Shown one piece after another: positions 37,869 to 49,800 of a stretch of 64,000 nucleotides of DNA. The position numbers and the translations under genes are program-made. Source of the DNA: Fimbriosthenelais zetlandica (lineage: Eukaryota); the NCBI GenBank assembly GCA_977030845.1, contig OZ365110.1:18166001-18230000 (forward strand), written 5' to 3'. Numbering within the stretch: the stretch's first letter is position 1; every line of letters starts with the position of its first letter. The notes under the pieces were generated by a model. That model was not told the DNA's origin. It made no database searches and was given only the letters and a program-made list of their open reading frames with translations.

Positions 37869-40800
37869 ATGGGTCCACAAGAGGACTACATAGAAACAGT
37901 CCTCACCTGTGAAGGGGATTTTTACGATCCGGAGTTCCATCAGCAATTAGATAGATTTAGCAAAAGGCTACAGGAACTGATAACAAGTGGTACGTATTCT
38001 ACCTTAATCTACCGACAGATTTTATGCGGTTCATATATTATAGCGGATTATCCTAAGTACGAACAGTACAATTTCACAATTTTATTGTGCAAAACATTCA
38101 TTCAAGTGGTCTTTTATGTCTATTGAACAGTGTGATGGAAAGTTGTCTCATGTCCAACTGCCTTTATAAAATTGACATATTAGACATATACATTCACATT
38201 TTCTTTGCTTTTGTTACTAAACGAGTTTTGAATTGTGAGCGAATTGGTGACAGGTCATATCATAACACTTCACCATAACAACTCCTCAATCTCATCAACT
38301 TTGTCATCCCGTATACATACATTCATTATCATACATCTTCGAACATTCTCAATGTACATGACATCTCAGAGAAGAATTTATTGTGATGGAAAAAGTAAAG
38401 GGAAGTTGCTGGGTCTGATGCGCCCCGAAGGACAAGCCTTTCCCTTGAAGCATTAAGTTCATCAGCTACCTCTGCGCCTCTGAGACGTGAACAAGAGCTG
38501 CTCGGTGCAGAGGCGTGCTCGCCTGTCCCTCCTGACTCTGATGGTTTGGGAGTTGCTCTCAGTGGAGCAAGACTGCCAGTCATGAACGAAAGGCAGGCAG
38601 AGCGTGGATTCTCCGGGCTAAATCTCCACCTCTCTACTTCAGATAGCTGTTTGGACAAGAGGGAGGATGGATTGTTCGATTCAAATCAAGTTGCATGATT
38701 GATATATCAGTACATATACCTAAATGCTTATCCCGGCTCGCTCTAGTCTATAATTCCAATGCCAATGGAAATATATTTTCGTTTGATAAAAACTGATGTT
38801 CTGCACGTGACTCTGACTATTTCCAGTCAGAAAAATTAGATTATTTGAATATTCCCCATTCTCTGTACTTCATCAGATTTTCTCAAGTTTTTCGTCAAGT
38901 TTATCTCCATCCACCTTAAAGTTAAGGAAATTTATTTAATAAAATACCCTCTCCACGCATTTAATATACGAATTATATTCAATAAATTTAAAATAATTAT
39001 GTTCATATATTATGGTTATCCATCTTACACCCGTCAGCAGCTGTCCATCAGCCTCCTCTCCTCCCGGCCATTTTACAATACATTTAGTGAAGCTCCCGCC
39101 AGTGGCAGTCTCACTGCTGACTGCAGACCTTTAAAATCAATACTCAGCCTTGTATTCGATCCTTCCCAGGCTGGGGTTTAGCATTGGTTCCTCATAAATA
39201 CTAGACCGACAGTCCTGTTGTTCAGCCTCGCCCGAGGCTTGTAGCTTCCATGTCGGTGGGGGTGGTGGGAGGAGGGGGGGGGGGATCATGAGCATATACC
39301 TCAACCACACCCAGACAGTTTTAGCAGCTTCACACCTGGCGTTATTTATATTTTGCATCCCCGGACCCGGTTATAGGGTGTCACTTTATTCTAATATCGC
39401 AGCTTGGATCCAAAATCTGTGCTCCAGCTCTCCCAAGATAGGACCAATATAAATACAGGATAGAATGGGATACGGGAGAGAAGGGCATACGTGTGTCTGA
39501 TTTATGTATGTCCATCATTTCCTGCACTACTTACAAAACTTTTGAAATCTTCAATGCATCTACTTGATATGCCCTGTTTTGGGCATGCACCGAGATTTAG
39601 ATGTTTCTTACTCACCAATGCCAAAGAATATTTTTCTGGCTCGGGTTACAACTTGAAGTGATTTCTACAGAAAATAACTTTCATAAGTGGTTGAGAAGTA
39701 GTGTTGAAGGACAGAATCTTTTTCTTCAGAATTGCACTGAACCATTAACAAATTTAGCTTGGGTCGGTTATTGAAGGGGTGGGTGTGTTACAGGGCTGAA
39801 GAAACAACATGAAAAAAACAATTCAGAAATCGATGCGATGAAAGAAATGTTTCTTTTAATATATATCGAAGCATCCACTTCCAGGTGTGATTATGATAGT
39901 AAACATATGTTTTACATAATGCCACCACTTTGATGTTATTACCGTAAGCCGTAGTCATATATTATAACCTTACTGTAAGACATGAATGATCTATATATAG
40001 GGAAATGGGAAGTCAAATATAGCATTAGGCAACCCATCCCATGCCATTGTCAGGAGCTATATTTGCTATGCCATAGACGGACCCCTCCTTTTGGCCTGGA
40101 GGACACTGACCCACTTTGACACCTTCCTGGCCCTCCACCGATAATTAAATGTTATCGGATGATTAGGCCACAGCACATCAATGCAGTGGCCCAGATAAGT
40201 GCTGACTCATTCGGAATACTGATGGGGTGGTGGTGTGGTGGTGGGAGGGCAGGTTGAGTCGGGTCGATGCTGGCCAACCTGTTGCTGCCACCGCTTGTGG
40301 TGGTGCTAGTGCTCGTGGGAGGGGGGAGGGGGAGGGAGGGGGTAAGGAGGAGTGGAGGGGTGGACTAGGATTGCCTGAGGATCATAAGCTTGATTGGCAA
40401 GGCCCTGCTCCCTGCAGACAGCAGGGACGGACGGTCTGACAGCCTCCACCGACCTCAGGCTCGTCTGGTCGGCAAAACGGAAGCCAATAGATCAACGGGA
40501 TTCAGCTGACCAAGCCCGCCTCTGACAGGCCAATGTTCCCAGCTAAATGCCTGTATTGTAGCTAATAAAAAAGTTCCGAATGGAAAGTTGTTAACAATTT
40601 AAAGTAGGGCCTTTAGGGTGGATGCAGTTGCACTAAGCCACAGTGATGGAGCCCGGTTCAAAGATGAATTTTAAAATGAAAAAGTACAGAGGGTGGGGGA
40701 TAAAAAAAACAGTATTTATTTTTATTACTCGGAGAACGGAGTGGCGTTGCATCACCCGGAAATACCATGTTCTATAACCTATCTCGGAGTGAAATCCTAA

Positions 40801-43800
40801 ATTTAGAATTCTTCTATTCCTTAGCTGGGAACTGCTTTTCTTGAATTGATGCAGGCTTTAGTGGAAATTATTAACAGATGGAAAGTAGAGAAATTGGTGA
40901 CTTCTATAAGGTTCCAGGAAGATCTACTAATATCTATGAAAGTGTACAGTTCAAGTTTTCTCAAGTATTAGGCCAATTTTTTTTTTCGTGACTGGCATAA
41001 AATAAAGAACTGGGGAGATTTGCTATTGATAATGATAGGTATTTAATGATGTGCTAGCTGCAAGTAGATGCTCAGAACCTCCTCCTATCTTGCCTCCTCC
41101 TGTCTCAGCAAGTACTGCCTACCTGTTGCTGATTGGTTCTGGCATTCACGAACTATCATTAATGTACTTAGATGCTATCATCCTCTGCTATAGATAACAC
41201 AGGCAGGCCCAGTCACCTGTGAGGTCCATTTTTGTAGACCACAGATGATGGGCTGAGATAAATGAAGTAATTAGGAGACGTGACACTGCTTCACATTAGA
41301 GATGTCACCGGTAATTGATGTCCACTGGAGCCGCCGCCACCACCACCAGAACCGCCGACTCCCAAGAGTTCGATCCCCCATCCGCCCCCGCCCCCTCCTC
41401 CTCCTACTTCGTCCCCCCTCATTGATCACCTAGGCCAGCGGGTGTTGTTGTGGTGGTGAAGCTCGGCGGTGAAGGGTGAGTCCATTCTCGCAGAGGATGA
41501 GGGGTGGTGGGTTGTGCTGTCCTCCACCACCACCGCCGCCTCTTCCTCTCTCAACCGGCAGGCGTGGCAGCGTCAGGGATCAGCCTATGAGAGTAGTACT
41601 ACTACTAGTAGGCCTGAGCCTAGACCCAGTTCACTAGGTACCCTTCAGTGGATGTCATCCCTTTCCCAAAGTTGGATTTAATACCGGAATGCTGCACACG
41701 GCCCGATTTAGTTACAAATGAGTTTTTCTGGAGTTTCACATGAAGCCCAAAGTGGCTTTCTGTATAGGTCAGTGATCAATGGGTTGTGTTTACAATCAGT
41801 GAATCTAGTCCAGGCACGTGTGAGTACGAAAGAGGAGGTGGAAAGATGACAGACAGACTGCCGTGACGGTCTGCTGTCATAGGTTGCCATATGTGGCTCA
41901 ACCCGATAGAACAACAAAGCCAGGAGCACCTCGAAAACGGAGAGTCCGTCAAGAGGCGAAGGAGCAAAAGTATGTTCAGTATAGATAAGATGTATAGTCT
42001 TGATTACATCATGATCACCGTCCATCCATATTTCCATTTACACCATTCTGCTATCCATAATGATATCATATATCATTATGTCATTATTTTAATGTGACCA
42101 ATAATTATTCACCATTCTTAATTTGAATCAATTGTAAATTTATTTCTGCATTAATAATTTAGCCCATTTTAGGTATTATTATTAGGATTAATATCAGGTG
42201 GACATTTCACATAAAAAATCTTTTTTCTCTTTAATTTCTCCACTTACTAAATTAACTACGCAATGTCCTTTATTTAAGTGTAGCCTCATTAGTTAAGGTA
42301 AGGTTAAATTAAAGGTTTAGGGTTGTGAGTAGACTTGCGAAAATCTTTGATACTTTTATTTTGTTAAAACTAACTAATGATGAGACCTTTCCCATCTCGA
42401 CTGGGGAATCAAATTACGCTCCAGGCGAGTAGAATTAGAGGAGGGACGAGCGCTCGTCTAGGTTGTGAGCTCAGAGTTTGTTCTTCTTTCAACTCAGTAT
42501 ATAAATTTTAATATTGTCACTAAGACTCATATATACAGTTATTAACCTGTATGAATTTTAATATTATCGCCTATCATATTAATATATATTTTATCTTCTC
42601 TTTGCAGGCCAACGGCAGCTGATCTTGAAGAAGGTGGAGCCATGGAATAGTGTCCGTGTCACATTTAACATCCCCAAAGAAGCAGCTGTGCGATTAAAAC
42701 AGCTAGCAGAGCAAGGTGATCAGACTCTGCGAACCCTGGGAATATTGGCTGTACAAATTGAAGGTGATCGTGTTATTTCCCTGACCATTCAGGGTAAGAA
42801 CAATGAGACGACAGAGCTTGTGTTTAGGACCCCTGTTGCCAACAATCCAACACCTGGGACGAGTTCAGTCTACGATATTTCCAGTGCCGATGAGTTGAAC
42901 CTGCCAGGACCCAGCAATGTGGAGGCTACGCGCAAGAACATCGCCCAGTACCTTAGTCAACAAGGTGCTGGGCCGAACTTGTACGAGACTTTCCTTGGTC
43001 AGCAAACGCCTGGTTTGGACACACAGCAAGCCAATGACTCAGTGCCTCCCTCTGACCCTGTGACTGTGGGTAACAGTAGGTCAGGTGCTCAGTCTTCTCC
43101 GTCTCCCTTCCCTAACTTTGGATCCCCTAGTCGGAGTCCAAGTCACCCAGCCACCAGCATGCCTCCCTTACCCATCCCAGCATCTGGGAGGAGTCCTGCT
43201 GGCTTTCCCTCACCCTCGTCGGCCAGCCAGTCTCAACACAGTTTCCCATCGCCAGGTTCTCAACGGAGTCAAATGAGTCCGTTGAGTCCAAAGTACCCGA
43301 CACCTCCACCGTCGGTGCCTCCCCCTCATCCAAGCTCTCCTGGCATGAGGAACTCGCAACAGTTGATGCAACAACAGCAGATGCAACAACAACAACAACA
43401 ACAAATGCAACAGCAACAACTGATGCATCAACAGCCCCATCCGAAGACACAGCTGCAGCATCAGCAACAGATGCAAATGCAACAGCAGCAGCAGCAACAT
43501 TTGCTGCAACAGCAACAGCAACAACAACAACAGCAGCAGCAACAAAGTTTTCCTGGGTTGCCCTTTCCTCATGGTAACACACCTGTGAATAACATGCAAC
43601 GTGTACCACCCCATAAGGATATCACCTCATCAAGTCCACTTCTTGTCAACTTGCTGCAAAGTGATGTGGCAAGTGGGCATTTCAATCATTTACCTCAGCA
43701 CAAAATGCCACCGCCCTGTGACGGTGGACCACCAGCCAAGAGGAAAAGGCGGCCGAGAAAACCTAAGGATGGGTCACCCAAAGCAGCCAAATGCATGGAT

Positions 43801-46800
43801 GGTGATCTTGGATTGATACATGGAGATGCCCTCCTCCAGCCTCCCATGCCTCCACATGAGAGCAGGGTACCTCCTACAGGACTAGAGATGTTCAGCCATC
43901 CTATTCCACCAAGCACAGGAGGACACAGCCCAGTTGGCACACCCCTCGGGCCTCATGCCCACCCTCTCTCAACAACCCCGCCCCTGCATTACGCAGGGAC
44001 CAGAAGTCCAGTGCGTGCTTCGCCTGAGAAAATTGGGAATGATTCCCAGCACATTATAAACCCATATACAGGGCAGCTAGAACCAAGAGAATCTAGAACA
44101 GAAAATGCCTTGAAGGCAGAGGACCATAGGAATGTACATAATGATAGTAGTAGTAGTTTAACAGACGCTGGTTCCAGTGCAGGATTCTTGGATACAGCGC
44201 CACAGATACGGCCACCACCTAACCCAATGGTCGACATTAAAAACCGATTGGCAGCAAATCAAAATCCCCTACTACAAAATCAACACCAACAACCTCAGTT
44301 CCAGATTGCACCACGTCAATCTAGTCCGCGGTCTGAAATGCATCGGCCTGGGCTATCTCAAGGGCATTATGGCCCTCCCAATAGTTACCCTCATGTATCG
44401 ACTCCTCCGGCCAATATACCTGGACATCCAGGTATGTTTCCAAGGAACTCAAACATGAATCCTTTCTCTGGTGGTCATATGCACCTAGGCGGTCCAGGGG
44501 GACCACTTGGCAGTAATAATCCATCAGAGCGGCCGCCAATGTCTATGGCGGCCGCTGCTTCACTTGTAAGTATACCTAAAAGCACATACACTTCCACTCC
44601 GCCCATCAGTTCGGTATCAGGTCATCACCGATTACCGCTCCCAATATGCAGCAGTTCTTCTGGCCCTCATATTGGCCAACACCTCCCCCCACAAGTTTCA
44701 CCTATGGTGGCCTGTACAGCACCTCCAGGCCTGCCTCCGCCTCCCCCTTACACCAGTGCTGCTGCCTCGTCCTCTGCTCCTCAGGTTCGTTGTGTCAAGT
44801 CTCCGTTGGCTCCTCAGGCCACGGTTTTGAGCTCGGCTTTAGCAGCACCTCCTTTGGTAGAGCCCATTCTTGTACCTCCTCCCCAGCGGTCTCAGCCTGC
44901 TATCTCACAAACCGATAACGCAGGTTCTATTCAGCAACAACATCATGTCAAATCTAATGTCCCAAGCAGTGTTTTAACAGCAACAACCACATCAACAAGT
45001 TCCGTGCCTATTAGTAATAATAACAATAACAAGGAGATTCCTGTACTAAAGACTGTTACTGCAAGTGTGACCACTCCTACAACCACAGTGTGTAGCAGCA
45101 ACGCCTCCTGTGACAATGCCCTTGTTTCTACTTCTGTGTCATCTGCTCCTCTAAGTGCTTCTAGTCATTTGCATAGCAATTCCCAATTACACAGTAACAA
45201 TAGTAACTCTCAACACACACACACCACAACAAACATGAACAATCAACATACACCACAACAAGCACAGCAACCACCACCACAACAACAACCGCCCCAACAA
45301 CAACCACAACAACAACAACCGCCCCAACAACAAACATTGCCTCCCCAAAGGACTCCTAACGATAAGGGAGAAAATAATAATAGTGCCATGCAGACCACAT
45401 TGCTTGAAAGATCTGTGCCATCTCATGCGAACGAAAACTCTGAGGTCCCCCATTCAAACAGTCCAGGGGAGAATTTAGCACCAACGAGTACCAGTAATAG
45501 TACCAGCTCGGAGCATCCCAATAATGTGACGGCCACAGAGTCATCAACAGCAGGGAGCGAAAAGATGGTGACAACCTCATCCACCAATTCCACTCCAGAC
45601 GAGAGTACCGCCTCCAGGTTGGACTCTGAATCTAAAGAGGGTAAAATGGATGGAGACGAGAGTCCTGTGGATGGATCTCTCACGCCAGCATCATCCACTT
45701 CTGCCCCCACGCCCTCAACCCCTCCCACGTTACCCAACTGTACTGTAGGGGCTGTGGAGGACTGCCTGGGTGGGCGAGCAGTAGAGGTGGACGTGAAAGT
45801 GGATGGGAAGGGAGCTGACATTAAAGTATCCCAATTACCTGTCCATCACCCCTTACTGCAGCACGCCAATCCTCACTCAGAAATCCCTACTGCTGTACCA
45901 TTGTCAGCAGTGAGCATGCATAACGACCTGCATGGATTGACAAGGGGTTCTAATGGGGCCTCTACTGGAAGTGCCAGTCCTGCTTCAGATGCTACGAGCA
46001 GTACAGGCCTTCCCCTCTCAGGACACTCGCCCCTTACTAACAACATTATGCATGATTCAGAGTTAAGCAGTCATTCTTTTGAGGACAGTTCCCCTGCGCA
46101 GACAACTGCTGTGGGAACAGGAGTTGTGATATCCAGGGAAAACCACAATAGTGAAACGCAAAGACAGTCTGACACTGAGAAAGTCAAAGATGGCAATCGC
46201 AGTGACACTGATGGCACTGCCAAAGAACCTGAGTCACATAAGAATGTTATCACTGTTGGTTATGCTTTGTCAAAGGAGCCAGTGCTTAGCAGTTGTGAAT
46301 TGTTAGGAGACAAGTTGTTGAAACATAATCGGAAAGGCCTTGGAGGAATGCCCTTTCTGACCAAACCAGGGAGTATCGACAGTGATGGTACAAAAGGTAT
46401 CTCCCTGTCTGAAGAGCTGCTTGGTAAGAAGGGCCTCCTGAAGGGCCCGGCCATGATTCAGGAGGGCGATGGTCGTAACCAAGAGGTACAAGAGAGCTGT
46501 GTGGATGAAGAATCCACAGCTGGCACTACCGCCACCAAAGCCCACTTAAATTTAACTCGGTGCATAAGCATTCCATCGAAATTGTTAGGGCGGACAGACC
46601 CAAAGCCTGGGGATGAGGAGGAGGTGGGGCACGAGGAAGAGGAGGAGGAGGATTTTGAGGAGGCTATTAGCAATGATACACAACCTGTCAATGGTGATGA
46701 TACCAGTCTAGAAGCTGGTGTTAAAGTTGGTCTAAGGACAGCCCCGTGGCTGAGAGAGAAGGAGGAGATTACAGCGAGTGGCCGGCTTGATGGGGAGGGT

Positions 46801-49800
46801 AACAATGTGTATATGTCTGAAACACCAACATTGGAATCAGTTAATACCAATCACACTGAGAGTTCCAAAGTCAGTGTGGAACCCTCAGAGGAGGAGAATG
46901 TGGGTGTTCCACCACCCCAAGTGGCTAGTCCTCAATCAAACACACTGGATTTACCTGTGAAGGAAGCGGGCTCACCTCAGCAGGAGCAGGCTACCAGGGA
47001 TATACCTGAGAGTCAAGCACCCCCTGAGATCCAGCATGGTAAGCAATCCATTATTCATGACACATGAAAACCCAAGTATCACTTGGGTAGATGAGGTTGA
47101 ATATGTTTACAATAATTTTCAATAAACATTCTTGTAAATTATTTAAGTGGATCGAGTAGAGAAACTTCGAAATGTTTGTCTCCAACATCCCCACCCCCAC
47201 AAATCTTTGTATTTCCTCTGCTGTTGTCCACCTACGTAACATCCACGTATCACCATCCCATTTACCTACCACACCCAAGCCCACCACACCACTTAGGCCC
47301 AATTATAATCTTCAGTTAACTTTGAGTAATTCCCTATTAGACAGACTATGCAACAGGGAGATTTTACTTCGAAGTTAACTGTAGACTGACTGTATATTGA
47401 CTGACTACGAACCCGCCTCAGCCCAAGATTGAGGCGGTTACAGACATTAAAAATGTTCTTGTAACAATATCTTGGCCCCCCATGTGCACTCTCCAAGTTA
47501 CAGTGAGCCAACTCACCCCAACGCCATCAAGGCTGACTAATTAAAATCATACATTTTTATTTTCTGTTGAATTTTCAGGTGCAGGTTTTTCTCCCATGAA
47601 ATCCTCACTTTAAATATTATTTTTTTTGGATAAACATTTTGTACTAGTTACAATCACTGTACTATTGGACAATGTGTCCCAACACAACAAAACCATATAT
47701 ATCATATATATATGTCTAAAATCCTGGCCCTGGTATAACGTCTTTTCATAAATCTCTATACCTGGGGGTTGGGAAGGTGTGGTGTCTGCCAGTTCTTGTT
47801 GCAGTGATAGGGTGTGGGGAGAAGCACAACTCCTGCAAGACATGCCAGCAGTACACACCCACACACTCGTACACCCACCCCCATTCACACACACTCAACA
47901 CACCGCGTGCTGCACAGTTCGGCGGGCAGACCTTAATGCTAGGTTTCCCAGGCCCCCCTCCCCTGTCTGATTTGTCTTTTGTCTGTTGGGAAAGAAATCC
48001 CAAGTCGTAGTGCTTTAATATTACACATTTTCGTGTTCAGAAAAGTTAGAATATTGGTTTATGAAACTTCATTATGACGTTTTCTTGGCAGTCCGTTCCC
48101 TTATCTTTTCTCATTATATAATATTAATTATAAAAGTTGTCTATATTTATGTAGGCCTGGATATGCTTGGTTAGGCTTGTGTAGTCAAATGCACTATATA
48201 TCATTATCACCTATCTGGACTCACCCAGTCATTGATTAGGACACTTTCCAGGGAATGAAACTTTAAGAGTTGAAATATATAGTAGCCTGCTACCCCCTCA
48301 GCTTCAAATGGTAGGTCCCATCTTAGCATGTCAGACACAGGGCCCTTAGTATGTCCAGGTGGATAAAGAAAAGAAAGGTCAGGGGGCAGCTGGCACCATG
48401 CCAGTCCCCGAGAGGTCGGTCGTCTTTGTAGGTTACTGAATCAGCCGGAATTGCGAGATCCGCTCGCTCCTGAATGGCAGCATTTGCCGGGAAAGGTGGC
48501 ATGTCGGAGCATGTTGTTGGCTAAGGAGCAGTCCTCCTGCTCCCTTTCCTATGCTCCTGCTGCTCCATCGAATGGTCTTTCTATTTTTTCCACTTTTCCC
48601 TCTTCTCCTTGAGCATCTTCTTATTAGGAAAACTTTCAAAGGCGATACATTAATATAGTTCCTGAATTCAATGACATTTTCAGATATGTTGACCATTGCG
48701 TTTGATCTGCATCCCACCTACTCATCAATTATTTGATCAAATTGCTGCTCGATCAAAAATTGATACATACCTCTATGGTCGCCAATCATCCATTAGATGC
48801 ATTTGCTATACAGGGGCACATAGATTGATTAGGTCAAAGCATGACACGCTATTGAACCCCATGATCACGGGAGGAGGACATTAAAAGCATCCATTAACAA
48901 TAGTACAATTCATTATGAAAGATTTAGTCCAAATGCAGAGCTTAAAATAACCAGCAACTTTAGACCGGCGAGTGACGCTGACAGAACAACATGGATCCGA
49001 TATATTTAAAATTAGGATTCATCTGAATCATGTATTTTAAAGATGCCACGAATGAAGTCGAAAATAGAAATTAGAAGAATCAGCAGAGCTAAAAAAAAAT
49101 ATTGATCGATATACTAATTTCCCTTTGTGCTGGATGGCTATGATAATTTCTTTTCCTGGAAGGGGCATTTCTATTTGCTATTAATTAGAAGAATTATGTA
49201 TCGCAAAGGCCTATGCAAGTCTATGACTCAGAGTTAACGGTTCGGAGAAGAAAAAATTGACCATTTTGTTGCAATGCGCCACATGATTTGTCCCATGTCA
49301 TTACATTTCTTTTATACTGCGTTCATTAACATTTTAATTGGTCATTATAAAGTCATCCTTATGATCTTTTCCCTGCTAATGTTGGAATTTTATTACCCGA
49401 TTCCTGTATTATTCATGGCTTACTTAACAAGTATCAGTTTAACTTGTAGTTCTGACTCGTTATTATAAAAAAACATTTTGGGCATCCATTCCCAGGCAAC
49501 TTTATTTAATACGAAGAAAAGTCTTCATTTCATTTCTTGAATATACTTATTATTTTAAGTTGCTGTAAAGCTTCATAATCCTATTGGTACTGACAACTTC
49601 ATTATCTTTTTTTGAAAACTTTAATTATCCCTCATCAAAAAAGTTCATTGCAATTTCTTAAGCGATGGGAATTTATTGCCAGGCAGTGTATAATGAATTT
49701 GTATAATTTATTTTACCAAATATTAGAATTTACTTTTTCTTTTGGGGAGTTCATACAGACACATTCCAACTTGGATCCTAGGTGCACACTGACGTTGGGC

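Noticed and set aside
38414-38440. CTGATGCGCCCCGAAGGACAA as a hammerhead ribozyme core
   Set aside because: It lacks the invariant CUGANGA and GAAA, and stems I and III cannot be formed.
41365-41380. GAGTTCGATCCC, a B-box / T-loop-like motif
   Set aside because: No A box or tRNA arms nearby.
43127-46850. Many antisense ORFs (e.g. 160 aa, 134 aa) within the first giant NCOA6 exon
   Set aside because: By-products of polyQ and Ser/Pro/Thr-rich codons that lack antisense stops.
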